DNA from: an uncultured Algimonas sp.
Lineage (GTDB): Bacteria > Pseudomonadota > Alphaproteobacteria > Caulobacterales > Maricaulaceae
Reading direction: 5' to 3'
DNA: 64,000 bases
Assembly: GCA_964565335.1 (NCBI GenBank)
Contig: CAZMEN010000001.1
Location: 43,398-107,397, forward strand
Shown here: piece by piece, positions 20,261 through 30,509 of the stretch
Layout: the number at the start of each line of letters is the position of its first letter
Position numbering within the stretch: the first letter of the stretch is position 1
The notes under the pieces: generated by a model
What the model saw: only the letters and a program-made list of their open reading frames with translations
Databases searched by the model: none
What the model was told of the DNA's origin: nothing
Translations under genes and position numbers: made by a program

Positions 20261-21229
20261 ATGAAATGTTTACAACACGCTTTTTTAATCGATGAAACTG
20301 GTAAAGCCCATCAGCTTCCGACTGAAACTATTCCTGTCGCGCCTAAAAACGGCAATGGGTTTCTGTGGCTCCATTTCGACAAGAGCGACCCGCAAACACG
20401 GCAAGTCCTAAATGATGATGAATTGATAGATAATATTGCCACCGACACATTGCTGGCGGAAGACAGCCGTCCTCGCACAATTGTCCGAGAGCAAGATGTG
20501 TTAATCAATTTGCGCGGTATGAATTTAAATGACGGCGCGGAACCCGAAGACATGATTCCTATCCGCTTCTTCGTGCATCATAACCGCGTTATTTCCGTGA
20601 GCGGACGCTCTATGCAGGCAACGAAAGACCGTATTGAAAGACTGAAAACCCAGAGAGTATCGCCCACGCCTGGAGGTTTTATAGCAGGGTATGCTCTCTC
20701 CTTAGCTGAAAACATGGCCCCTACCATTACGGGTTTAAACGAAAAAGTAGATGCTTTAGAGGAACAGATTGAAGACAAAAAAAGCGAAGATGCGCGCTCC
20801 TCTGTTTCCGAATTGCGGCGTAGCGCGATATTACTGCGACGCTATATTGCGCCTCAAAGAGACGCTTTGAATGTTCTGGCCTCGCAGTCATTGGATTGGG
20901 TATCAAATGATGACCAACTCCGCCTGCGGGACGCAGGTGACCAGGCTGCTCGAATTACAGAGGAATTGGACGCGGTGCGGGAACGTTGCGCGATTGTCAA
21001 AGATCAGCTCACAGATATACAGTCAGAACAAATGAACCGTAACATGATGGTCTTATCTGTTGTTGCCGCAATTTTCTTACCCCTTGGTCTTATTTCCGGC
21101 ATGATGGGCATTAATGTTGGGGGCATGCCCTGGGTCGATAACGGGCTGGGTTTTTGGTATGTAGCCGGCATGATTGTCATCATCGGAATAATTCAATTGA
21201 TATTATTCCGTCTTATGAAATGGATATAG
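20261..21229 (+). CDS. zntB: ZntB-like CorA-family metal transporter
   Basis: LRGMNLN, RRYIAPQRDAL and IFLPLGLISGMMGINVGGMP (GIN motif) plus two C-terminal TM segments. Confidence 0.85.
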   Translation: MKCLQHAFLIDETGKAHQLPTETIPVAPKNGNGFLWLHFDKSDPQTRQVLNDDELIDNIATDTLLAEDSRPRTIVREQDVLINLRGMNLNDGAEPEDMIPIRFFVHHNRVISVSGRSMQATKDRIERLKTQRVSPTPGGFIAGYALSLAENMAPTITGLNEKVDALEEQIEDKKSEDARSSVSELRRSAILLRRYIAPQRDALNVLASQSLDWVSNDDQLRLRDAGDQAARITEELDAVRERCAIVKDQLTDIQSEQMNRNMMVLSVVAAIFLPLGLISGMMGINVGGMPWVDNGLGFWYVAGMIVIIGIIQLILFRLMKWI

Positions 21230-21235
21230 GACCTC

Positions 21236-22054
21236 TTGTTTTTCCGTTTCCTCATAAGTTTGATGTTCTTCGCGGTAACCATGTGCGGCGGGTCATTGGC
21301 TCATGCCCAATCCACATCGCCCGAAGAGAGTGAACCGCAGGCCACTATAATACTAGACGTCGAGAATACAGAAATAGCACAAACGAAAGCGACACAAGAC
21401 GCCATCTCATTGGATAATTTGGATACGGCCTTTCGGAAATTAAAATCTCAGGACCAATTACAATTTGTTTTAGCCGAAGCCCCGCCTCCCCCTAAGTCGG
21501 ATTGGCTTGTAAAACTCTTGGGCCCAATCCTCGCCTTTCTCAAAGCGATTTCGCCTATATTAAAAGTCGTTTTTTGGGTGTTTGTGGCGGGGTGTTTTGC
21601 CTTGATTGCTTATATTGTGCTTCAGGCAGTTCTCGGTATCCGGCGCGCCCACATTGAACGGCGAGAAAAAGACGAGGATGAGCTGGTTCTTTATCGCCCT
21701 TCGCAGAAAAAAGCGCGCATATTGCTAAACGCCGTCGATGCTCTGGCGGCCAAAGGACAATATGCAGAAGCGGTGCACCTGCTGCTCTATCGCTCCATTC
21801 AGGATATCGGCTTGACGAAACCAAATATGATTAAGCGCTCTTTGACCTCTAGGGAAATCTCGGCGCTGTCTTCCCTCAGCCCAGAGACGCGGCAAGCATT
21901 TACGCAAATCGCAACAGAAGTAGAGCGATCACATTTTGGGGCGCAGGCATTGGATGCTGCAGCGTTTCAGAGGTGCCGAAAGGCCTATGCACAATTTGCG
22001 GTGCCAGAGCGCAATGAAGAAACCCTTTCCATAGTGAAAGGGCTGCCCGCATGA
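21236..22054 (+). CDS. DUF4129-type membrane protein
   Basis: Signal peptide, central TM, C-terminal AVHLLL...SLTSRE...VERSHFG pattern; operon context. Confidence 0.65.
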   Translation: MFFRFLISLMFFAVTMCGGSLAHAQSTSPEESEPQATIILDVENTEIAQTKATQDAISLDNLDTAFRKLKSQDQLQFVLAEAPPPPKSDWLVKLLGPILAFLKAISPILKVVFWVFVAGCFALIAYIVLQAVLGIRRAHIERREKDEDELVLYRPSQKKARILLNAVDALAAKGQYAEAVHLLLYRSIQDIGLTKPNMIKRSLTSREISALSSLSPETRQAFTQIATEVERSHFGAQALDAAAFQRCRKAYAQFAVPERNEETLSIVKGLPA

Positions 22055-23343
22055 GTTCGACCGAATTAAATCCGCCCACACCGAGCGTATCTAAATCGAC
22101 CCAACACATTATGGGAACAGGGTTTATTATCGGCTTGGTGTTAATCGGCCTGTTTTCCTTTACAGCGCTGATTGGTTTATCCGGTTATGCGGATGATTTA
22201 CGGGACCGTAATAATGGCGGCGCTCACGCCTTCTCTACATCGGCGATAGGGTTTTCAGGTCTGCAGCGCCTTTTGAAAGGATTAGGCGCGAATGTCACAC
22301 TCGACCCGAATAAAGCGGCTTACGGAGAAAACACCGCGCTTCGTATTTATACTTTAGGTTCGGCCTATCAAACAGACGGTCTCGACGAATTAAGAGCCGG
22401 TGCCCCTAAGCTTATCATCCTGCCCAAGTGGAATGTAACACGAGTGCCCAAAGCGCCCGGTTGGGTCAGAAAATTTCCTGACAGAGATTTACAGCGCGCA
22501 GAGCCGTTAGCTTCAAACCTCGAAGCGCTTGCGGGCGAAGTAAGTTTTGACCGCATTGGAAAAACCGGCGGCGACCTTGCTAAAGAATTTACGTTTACAC
22601 TCACGGATAAAATCTCGGGTAGTGACGTAATCTACACAGATTATTTTCCGCGGCTTCAGACAATCAGCGGAGAGAATTTACTGCCCTGGGTCACGACCGC
22701 GTCGGACGCGATCGTCCTCGCCCAAATTAAAGAGACTAATACCTATATCTTGGCTGATCCTGATTTCATGAATACAGCTGGATTAAATACCAAGTCCCGC
22801 GCGCGTTTTAGTATGAATATATTGAACTCCGTCATGTCAGATTCGGGCGCAAATCGCATTATCATCGACCTGTCCGTTCACGGTATAGGAGGCAAACAAA
22901 ACATGATTAAATTATTTACCCGACCGCCTTTCCTTTCGGTGACCTTGCTCATTTGCGCTCTAATTGGTCTATTGGGTTGGCAAGCCTTTTTACGGTTTGG
23001 TGACCCTCAAAAAGGGCAGGCAGAAGATTTTGGGGCCGACTTGGCTATGGGTCCACAATCTTTAGCCAAAACAACCGCAGAGTTTCTCGCCATCGCGCGG
23101 CGAGAACCTCATGTCATGGCCGACTATGCAGCGCTCATCCGAAAACAGGCTTTGGAAGAGTTACGGTCTCAGGGGCGAACAGGGACAGTCCCGGACGCCG
23201 TTTTGGAAAAACGGGAAACGCTTAAAAAAATTGACCCTAAATTTCGGGTTTTGGACGCGAAAGCCCGACAAATCACGAAACGAGAAGACATGGCGCAAAT
23301 GGCTGAAGCGCTACAAAATTGGAAGAAGGATATAACGGAATGA
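22051..23343 (+). CDS. DUF4350-type membrane-anchored protein
   Basis: N-terminal [12 protein letters not shown]-terminal TM followed by RFG; lies directly upstream of MoxR. Confidence 0.65.
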   Translation: MSSTELNPPTPSVSKSTQHIMGTGFIIGLVLIGLFSFTALIGLSGYADDLRDRNNGGAHAFSTSAIGFSGLQRLLKGLGANVTLDPNKAAYGENTALRIYTLGSAYQTDGLDELRAGAPKLIILPKWNVTRVPKAPGWVRKFPDRDLQRAEPLASNLEALAGEVSFDRIGKTGGDLAKEFTFTLTDKISGSDVIYTDYFPRLQTISGENLLPWVTTASDAIVLAQIKETNTYILADPDFMNTAGLNTKSRARFSMNILNSVMSDSGANRIIIDLSVHGIGGKQNMIKLFTRPPFLSVTLLICALIGLLGWQAFLRFGDPQKGQAEDFGADLAMGPQSLAKTTAEFLAIARREPHVMADYAALIRKQALEELRSQGRTGTVPDAVLEKRETLKKIDPKFRVLDAKARQITKREDMAQMAEALQNWKKDITE

Positions 23344-24305
23344 GCGAACTAAATCTGGAGCCAGTCGAAACACTGGCCAACAATTTGAGACAGGAAATTG
23401 GTAAAGCCATTATCGGCCAAAAGGACACAATTGAGCTTATGTTGGTCGCCTTACTCTCAGGGGGACACATATTACTCGAAGGCGTGCCGGGAACAGCGAA
23501 GACATTTTTAGCGCAGGCTTTTTCTTACGCTATGAAACTAGATTTCGGACGCATTCAGTTCACCCCTGACCTCCTTCCTGGGGACCTTATCGGGACGAAC
23601 TTGTTTAATTTTCAGACTTCCAAATTCTCACTGATTAAAGGCCCCATTTTTTGCGATCTTTTATTGGCGGATGAAATCAACAGAACGCCGCCTAAAACGC
23701 AGGCCGCCTTATTGGAAGCAATGCAGGAGCGACAAGTTACGATTGACGGCAAGCCTCATGCTTTGGGTAAAAACTTTATGGTGATTGCAACACAAAACCC
23801 GATTGAACAGCAAGGCACCTATCCTCTTCCCGAGGCGCAATTAGACCGCTTTCTATTCAAACATGTTCTAGATTACCCAGACAGAGACGAAGAGATTGAA
23901 ATTATCAACCGGCACGGTGCGCGGTCAGGGTCTCCGGACTTAAAATCAATGGGCTTAAAGCCTGTGGCGACCCCTACGAAAATAAAGGCGGCCTTAGACG
24001 TTATTCCTGAAGTTCGCATCGGTGATGATGTTACACATTACATCGTCGATTTGGTTCGCGGCACACGCAATAATCCCCTCTTTGAAACAGGAGCCTCGCC
24101 CAGAGCTGCCGCCATGATTGCGATAGCGGCGCGCGCGAGAGCGGCGCTTAACGGACGGTCTTACGTTATTCCGGATGATGTGAAAGCGATTGCTTTGCCC
24201 GCCCTACGGCATCGAGCCATTCTATCGCCCACGGCAGAGATTGAAGGCCGTAGCGCAGACGCCGTTATCAATGCGGTTATCGAACAAACGGAAGCGCCGA
24301 GATAG
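23340..24305 (+). CDS. moxR: MoxR family AAA+ ATPase
   Basis: [11 protein letters not shown] (Walker A), [20 protein letters not shown] (Walker B) and [22 protein letters not shown]; ATGA overlap with the upstream gene. Confidence 0.95.
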   Translation: MSELNLEPVETLANNLRQEIGKAIIGQKDTIELMLVALLSGGHILLEGVPGTAKTFLAQAFSYAMKLDFGRIQFTPDLLPGDLIGTNLFNFQTSKFSLIKGPIFCDLLLADEINRTPPKTQAALLEAMQERQVTIDGKPHALGKNFMVIATQNPIEQQGTYPLPEAQLDRFLFKHVLDYPDRDEEIEIINRHGARSGSPDLKSMGLKPVATPTKIKAALDVIPEVRIGDDVTHYIVDLVRGTRNNPLFETGASPRAAAMIAIAARARAALNGRSYVIPDDVKAIALPALRHRAILSPTAEIEGRSADAVINAVIEQTEAPR

Positions 24306-24307
24306 CC

Positions 24308-25711
24308 TTGGCAAAAGAGCCTAATATCAATCCGTCAAAGCGGGCCAAGAAAACAGTGGATACTGAGCGTCCTAAGTTTTCGCTTTATCCAACGCAGCGC
24401 GCGATTGCGTTGTTGAGTTTGGGTATCCCTGTGGCTCTGATTATTGCCGTGCTCTTCCCGCCGCTTTGGAGCATTGGCGCGGCTTGGGCCGCAGGAACGC
24501 TGGGCTTTATCATTCTGGATGTCATGTTGGCGACAAAATCCAATGTGATGGAACCGACACTCACATCGCCTAAACGGCTCTATATCGGCACACAAGACAG
24601 TCTACATTTTGATTTTCTCGATCTGCAAAATCAACCGCCAAAGAATGCCGAATTTCGACTAACGCATAATGACCGCTTTTCTGTCTTTCCTGAAACAGCA
24701 GCGTTTAGCCCAGATGATAATCAGCGCCCCATCGTGCGATTTGATTTGACGACACGGCGACGCGGTGAAGGAACCTTGCTGCGTCTGTGGTCACGGTGGC
24801 AAGGGCCGTTAGGCCTAATCTGGATACAAAGGCAAGATCCGTTAAAGACAGATATTGCGATTGTTCCCAATACGAGAATTGTCAAAAACACAGCCTTACA
24901 GTTCTTCGCGCGTGACGCCGCCTTTGGTCAGAAAATTCAGCAATTACGCGGTGAAGGTACGGAATTTGATGCACTCTCTGAATTCCTGCCGGGCATGGAC
25001 AAACGGACAATCGACTGGAAACACTCGGCTCGCCACAATACACTTCTGGCGCGGGAGTACAGAACAGAGCGTAATCACAACATTATCTTTGCGCTCGATA
25101 GCGGATATCTAATGTGCGAAGATATGCTGGATGATGACGCCGTCAAACTGACCAAGCTGGACAGAGCCATTTCCGCCTCTTTGGTGATGGGTTATGTTAG
25201 TCTAAAAATGGGTGACCGCGTCGGACTCTTCAGCTTCGACAAATCCCCCCGCGTTTACAGCGCCCCTGTATCCAGCACGGCCATGTTCGCGGGTCTACAG
25301 AACCAATCGGCCGCGATTGATTATTCCAATGAAGAAACGAATTACACATTCGGTTTGTCATTTCTAGCACAAAAACTTCGGCGCCGTAGCTTGGTCGTTG
25401 TCTTCACAGATTTCATCGACACGACCCAATCAGAGTTAATGCTCGAAAGCGTTATGCGCCTTATCAAAAAACATGTGATTATTTTTGTCGCCTTTCAAAA
25501 CCAGCCCTTAGAAGATTTAGCACGGCAAAAGCCTGACACGCCAGACGATGTTAGCCGCGCTGTTATTGCGCAGTCGCTCTTATCAGAGCGTGATATTGTC
25601 TTGGCGAAATTAGAGCGCATGGGTGTGGATGTGATTGACGCCGACCCGAACACGTTAAACATTGATATTGTGAATCGGTATCTCGACCTGAAAGGCAAAG
25701 GTGTTATTTAA
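24308..25711 (+). CDS. DUF58 domain-containing protein (VWA-like)
   Basis: GEGTEFDALSEFLPGMDKRTIDWKHSAR, degenerate MIDAS-like DSGYLM, GDRVGL and RRSLVVVFTD; two N-terminal TM segments. Confidence 0.9.
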   Translation: MAKEPNINPSKRAKKTVDTERPKFSLYPTQRAIALLSLGIPVALIIAVLFPPLWSIGAAWAAGTLGFIILDVMLATKSNVMEPTLTSPKRLYIGTQDSLHFDFLDLQNQPPKNAEFRLTHNDRFSVFPETAAFSPDDNQRPIVRFDLTTRRRGEGTLLRLWSRWQGPLGLIWIQRQDPLKTDIAIVPNTRIVKNTALQFFARDAAFGQKIQQLRGEGTEFDALSEFLPGMDKRTIDWKHSARHNTLLAREYRTERNHNIIFALDSGYLMCEDMLDDDAVKLTKLDRAISASLVMGYVSLKMGDRVGLFSFDKSPRVYSAPVSSTAMFAGLQNQSAAIDYSNEETNYTFGLSFLAQKLRRRSLVVVFTDFIDTTQSELMLESVMRLIKKHVIIFVAFQNQPLEDLARQKPDTPDDVSRAVIAQSLLSERDIVLAKLERMGVDVIDADPNTLNIDIVNRYLDLKGKGVI

Positions 25712-26760
25712 TGGCGATCTCTCCTTCACAGCCTCTTCAAAATTCTGTCGGCGCTGAGAGCCATGCGCTGAAGTCTCAACGCTTTCGCGATGCGCGTGCC
25801 GCCGAATGGAACAAGCTTGAGACACTGCTGAGTAAAATTGAAAAACGCGGCGCAAAAAGGTTATCCAAAGACGAAATTATCGAACTACCTCGACTCTATC
25901 GCAGCGCCTTGTCAGCTCTCTCTGTGGCGCGGGCCACATCGCTCGATCAAAACGTCACGGCCTATTTAGAAAACCTTTCTACGCGCGCTTATTTCCGTCT
26001 TTACGGAACGCAAGAAGGGCTAGGCAAACGTATCCTCACCTTCCTCTCCAGAGATTGGCCGCTCGCAGCCCAACGCCTCTGGAAAGACACATTTGCGGCG
26101 GGTTTTCTTATTCTAGTATCAACTTTGGCGGCCTATTTTATGGTGCAATCAAACCCCGACTGGTTCTACTCCTTCGTTAATGCAGAATTGGCCGGAGACC
26201 GAACACCCGCCGCTTCGACCGAAGCCCTAAGGGCCACCATTTATGATAAACCTGAAGACTCAACGGGGCTCGGAGTATTTTCCAGTTACCTTTTCTCAAA
26301 CAATTCGCGGGTTGCAATCTTTGCTTTCGCGCTCGGATTTGCTTTCGGTATTCCCACCATACTTTTTATGCTCAGCACCGGATTTATGGTGGGTGGATTT
26401 TTAGGGCTTTTTGCCAGCCGTGACTTGGGTTTCGAAATTGGAGGGTGGCTCATCATTCATGGCTCCACTGAAATTCTGGCGATCATTCTGGCAGGCGGGG
26501 CGGGACTGCATATTGGACGTGCCATTGCCTTCCCGGGGAAGCTCTCACGTATTCAGTCTGCCTCTTTAGCAGGGCGAACATCCGGTCTCTTAATGGTCGG
26601 CGTCGTCATTATGCTATTCTTTGCTGGTCTTCTTGAAGGCTATGCAAGGCAACTCATCACGAGTGACGCATTGCGCTATTTGATAGGCATTGGGCTGTTA
26701 TTATTCTGGATGGCTTATCTCTATATTCCTCGCTCAGAGGACGGCGGAATACAGTTATGA
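25711..26760 (+). CDS. SpoIIM-family membrane protein
   Basis: LPRLYRSALSALSVARA, FSNNSRVA and HGSTEILAIILAGGAGL; multiple TM segments. Confidence 0.88.
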   Translation: MAISPSQPLQNSVGAESHALKSQRFRDARAAEWNKLETLLSKIEKRGAKRLSKDEIIELPRLYRSALSALSVARATSLDQNVTAYLENLSTRAYFRLYGTQEGLGKRILTFLSRDWPLAAQRLWKDTFAAGFLILVSTLAAYFMVQSNPDWFYSFVNAELAGDRTPAASTEALRATIYDKPEDSTGLGVFSSYLFSNNSRVAIFAFALGFAFGIPTILFMLSTGFMVGGFLGLFASRDLGFEIGGWLIIHGSTEILAIILAGGAGLHIGRAIAFPGKLSRIQSASLAGRTSGLLMVGVVIMLFFAGLLEGYARQLITSDALRYLIGIGLLLFWMAYLYIPRSEDGGIQL

Positions 26761-27638
26761 GTGCGGCTCCCCAACCTATTCCGACACTGCGAAATACGGA
26801 TAGACGCGTATTAGTCACGCCCGAAGGCGTTGATTTGCAAATTCTGATCGCTGATGTCGGAGCGAGAATTGGGGCGGTCGTCATTGATCTAATAATTATA
26901 ATTACCACGCTTGTGGCGTCCATTTTTGTTTTTGTCTGGGGCGGATTAGCAATCAGCGGAGAACTTGCCATAAGCCTTTTTATTCTGTTCGCATTCTTCC
27001 TAAGAAACTTTTATTTCCTCGTCTTCGAAATGGGCCCAAAAGCGGCGACACCGGGCAAACGCTTGATGAAAATTCGTGTCGCTGCGCGAAACACCTCTAT
27101 GGGGCAAGCGAGACTATCCGCCAATGCCGTATTCGCTCGAAACGCCCTTCGCGAGATTGAGTTATTTCTGCCCATTAGTTTTTTCTTTTCACAACAAGGC
27201 TCCGTTGACGGAATGATAGCAACTCTCGGCCTGATTTGGAGCGGTGTTTTCTTGCTTTTTCCTTTGTTCAATAAAGACCGACTAAGAGCAGGGGATCTAA
27301 TCGCTGGCACATGGGTCGTGCGCGCGCCCAAGCCGATATTGGGCCGCGACCTAGCGCAACAATCAAAAGAAATTGTAGAGGCGTTTTCATTTTCGCCCGA
27401 ACAGGTCAATGCTTATGGGGTTCACGAATTGCATGTTTTGGAAACAGTTCTCCGAACGCGCAAACGCGAAACAATGGCAGAAGTGGCCGAACGTATTCGC
27501 AAGAAAATTAAATGGGAAGAGACTTCAGGCGAAACCGACCACGCTTTTCTCAACGCCTATTACCGCGCCCTAAGAGAACGGCTAGAAGCCAGAATGCTCA
27601 TGGGTGTTAAACGCGAGAATAAATTCGATATGCGTTAA
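26757..27638 (+). CDS. RDD family membrane protein
   Basis: TPEGVDL, RIGAVVID, TPGKRLMKIRV and RAGDLIAGTWVV motifs. Confidence 0.88.
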   Translation: MSAAPQPIPTLRNTDRRVLVTPEGVDLQILIADVGARIGAVVIDLIIIITTLVASIFVFVWGGLAISGELAISLFILFAFFLRNFYFLVFEMGPKAATPGKRLMKIRVAARNTSMGQARLSANAVFARNALREIELFLPISFFFSQQGSVDGMIATLGLIWSGVFLLFPLFNKDRLRAGDLIAGTWVVRAPKPILGRDLAQQSKEIVEAFSFSPEQVNAYGVHELHVLETVLRTRKRETMAEVAERIRKKIKWEETSGETDHAFLNAYYRALRERLEARMLMGVKRENKFDMR

Positions 27639-27642
27639 CCGC

Positions 27643-28491
27643 TTATATGGGTTTAGGCTGTTTTTTGGCCCGTATCATCCATTTGATCCAAAGCCAAAAA
27701 ATTCTCGGGCCTTCAATCAGGTAGCGCTTCCAAAGACGTTTCGGCTCGCTCAGTAATCTGAACAACCATTCCATACGAATGGACTGAACCCATTTCGGGG
27801 CGCGTTTTGTACGGCCGCCTAAAAAGTCCAATGACGCGCCTACACAGAGGCCAAGCCCGACGCAATCGCCTCTTTCAAGACACGCTTTCGCGACCATTTC
27901 CTGCTGCGGAGACCCCACACAGATGAAAGTATAACGAGCAGGATTGTTTGCGATAAATTCGGCCGCCGCCGCAATGGCTTCGGGTTTACGGCGCATACCC
28001 ATGGGCGGTTGATGCAAGTTGACCTTGTTTAATCCATAAATGGATTTCACTTTTTCGACAATTTCTTCATCCGCGCCAATTACGTTGATTGTATCTTTTT
28101 CCGTAATCACATTATCAAAAAGCTGTTGCGTCAAATCGGACCCTGGCACAGCCTTTAAAGGAATACCTGAAAACGCTGCCATTAATTCTAATATTCTGGA
28201 GTCGCAAACGGAAAGCCAGGATGCTTCATAGAGAGGTTTGAAGACTTCAGGTTCCTTAGACAATCGTACAAGGTGATCGACATTCGGCGTCACGATAAAC
28301 CGAAACCCGTGGTTTTCCGTTACCCATTTTGCGCGCGCCAAGGTCTGCATAGGTGTCAGCGGGTCAAAAGTTGCTCCGATGAAATCATAGCAACGTTCAT
28401 TTACGCGCCAATCCATGTCGTTTTCGCGTTCGACTTGACGACGATCTTGGCCCCGCCCAACGGGCGGAATGATATGCTTTTGCCCACTCAT
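27643..28491 (-). CDS. WecB/TagA/CpsF family glycosyltransferase
   Basis: VTPNVDH, VPGSDL, CVGSPQQE, VGASLDF and RAPKWVQSIRMEWLFRL; ATG 28491 follows AGGTG. Confidence 0.9.
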   Translation of the reverse strand: MSGQKHIIPPVGRGQDRRQVERENDMDWRVNERCYDFIGATFDPLTPMQTLARAKWVTENHGFRFIVTPNVDHLVRLSKEPEVFKPLYEASWLSVCDSRILELMAAFSGIPLKAVPGSDLTQQLFDNVITEKDTINVIGADEEIVEKVKSIYGLNKVNLHQPPMGMRRKPEAIAAAAEFIANNPARYTFICVGSPQQEMVAKACLERGDCVGLGLCVGASLDFLGGRTKRAPKWVQSIRMEWLFRLLSEPKRLWKRYLIEGPRIFWLWIKWMIRAKKQPKPI

Positions 28492-28612
28492 GAAATTCAC
28501 CTGTAATTTTTTGGTGTCGCTCCCATGCGACGCCGCTTCCCTGACACAGCTTTTACACAAAGAGCGTTAGCATTGGGTTTACAACACAAGCCAGAATGCC
28601 CACATCACATCA

Positions 28613-30484
28613 ATGTCCGATGAATCTCCCTCACCTGCCGCTCTCGACTCAAGCTCAAACAGTTTCGACCAACGAATTGAGGCGATGAAGGAACAAAGTA
28701 TTGGGGAACAACTCAAAGGGTTAGGGCGGCTTAAGCCTTATCTTTGGCCTGCCGGTAATCTAGAATTTAAGATCCGCTCAATCTTGGCCATCCTTCTTAC
28801 TGTCAGCGGTAAGTTCGTGTTGGTCGGCGCGCCTTTTATTTTTGGTTGGGCCGTCGATGCCGTCAATAACGCCCGACAATCTGGCGACGTCTGGCAAGAG
28901 GTCTCCCTCGGTATTTTTGCCTTTATTCTTGGATATGGGGCTTTGCGGGTTTTTTCAGTCCTTTTGACTGAAGGCCGCGAATATATTTTCGCGCCCGTCG
29001 CTCAATTCGCGCAACGCAGTGTGGCGACAGCGACATTCAAACATATGCATGTCTTATCTCTACGCTTTCATTTGGACAAACGCACAGGTGGGTTGACGCG
29101 CATTATTGAGCGCGGTGTCAGGTCGATTGATTTTCTATTCCGCTTTTTATTATTCAATATCGGCCCGACCCTATTAGAACTTTGTATCGCCGCCGCAGCT
29201 TTCTGGCTGGCTTTTAACCGATGGTTTGCCCTCATCGCCGTCATAGTTGTTATCGGTTATATTTATTTCACCGTCGCCACAACAGAATGGCGACTGAAGT
29301 TCCGCAGAGAGATGAATAAGCGCGACACCGAAGCGGCGGGCAAAGCCGTGGATAGTCTTTTAAATTATGAAACAGTCAAATATTTCTCCGCGGAAGACTT
29401 TGAAATTGACCGGTATGACGCGGCTATGGAGGGCTATCAAAAAGCTGCCATTCGCTCGCGGACGTCCCTCGCTACAGTCAATATCGGCCAGTCCTTTATA
29501 ATGAATGGCGGCCTCGTTGCGATTATGGCTTTGGCTGGATATAACATTATTAAGGGCGGGATGAGCATTGGCGATATGACAGCGGTTGTCATGGTGATGA
29601 CGCAACTCTATCGCCCGCTGAATATTCTCGGTTTTGCCTATCGCGAGATTAAGCAAGCGCTGACGGATTTAGAAAAAATGTTCATCCTGTTGGATATTCG
29701 TCCTGAAATTCAAGACGTCCCAAGCGCGCAGGACATAAGAGCTATTAAAGGTCACATCCGTTTTCATAAAGTCGGCTTCCGATATGATCCCGACCGCACC
29801 ATTCTCAAAAATATGAGCTTCGAGGTAAAACCCGGTCAAACTCTCGCCGTTGTCGGGCCTACAGGTGCCGGAAAGTCCACGCTTTCGCGCATACTATTCC
29901 GATTTTATGATATTAGCGAAGGGCGAGTGGAAATTGACGGGGAAGATATTCGCGGCATCACACAAAAGAGTCTGCGAAAGCTTATTGGCATTGTTCCGCA
30001 GGATACGGTTCTGTTCAACGACTCCATTCTGTATAATATTCAATATGCCAATCCAAACGCGTCAAAGGCAGACGTAGAACAAGCCGCGAAAGATGCCCAA
30101 ATTCACGACTTCATCCTTTCATTACCCCAAGGTTACGAGACGGTTGTCGGGGAACGCGGACTAAAGCTTTCGGGCGGAGAGAAACAGCGCGTGGCGATTG
30201 CGCGGGCGCTGCTGAAAAATCCCTCCATCCTTATTTTAGACGAAGCCACCTCTGCACTCGATAGCAGTACGGAAAGTGACATCCAATCGGCCTTAGACCG
30301 CGCCGCGAAAGGGCGTACCACTCTCGTGATTGCGCATAGGCTTTCAACAATTGTCAATTCTGACCGGATTATGGTGTTGGATGAAGGACAGATTGTGGAG
30401 CAAGGCACGCATGAGCAGCTCCTACAAAAAAACGGGCTTTACGCCCGTTTGTGGAAACAGCAGGAGGAATCCCCTGCTGTTTAA
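28613..30484 (+). CDS. atm1: ATM1/HMT1-type ABC exporter (fused permease and ATPase)
   Basis: SLRFHLDKRTGGL, DSLLNYETVKYF, GPTGAGKS, LSGGEKQRVAIAR and DEATSALD motifs. Confidence 0.9.
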   Translation: MSDESPSPAALDSSSNSFDQRIEAMKEQSIGEQLKGLGRLKPYLWPAGNLEFKIRSILAILLTVSGKFVLVGAPFIFGWAVDAVNNARQSGDVWQEVSLGIFAFILGYGALRVFSVLLTEGREYIFAPVAQFAQRSVATATFKHMHVLSLRFHLDKRTGGLTRIIERGVRSIDFLFRFLLFNIGPTLLELCIAAAAFWLAFNRWFALIAVIVVIGYIYFTVATTEWRLKFRREMNKRDTEAAGKAVDSLLNYETVKYFSAEDFEIDRYDAAMEGYQKAAIRSRTSLATVNIGQSFIMNGGLVAIMALAGYNIIKGGMSIGDMTAVVMVMTQLYRPLNILGFAYREIKQALTDLEKMFILLDIRPEIQDVPSAQDIRAIKGHIRFHKVGFRYDPDRTILKNMSFEVKPGQTLAVVGPTGAGKSTLSRILFRFYDISEGRVEIDGEDIRGITQKSLRKLIGIVPQDTVLFNDSILYNIQYANPNASKADVEQAAKDAQIHDFILSLPQGYETVVGERGLKLSGGEKQRVAIARALLKNPSILILDEATSALDSSTESDIQSALDRAAKGRTTLVIAHRLSTIVNSDRIMVLDEGQIVEQGTHEQLLQKNGLYARLWKQQEESPAV

Positions 30485-30509
30485 TAGTAATAGGCCTTAC
30501 AACGTCGCT

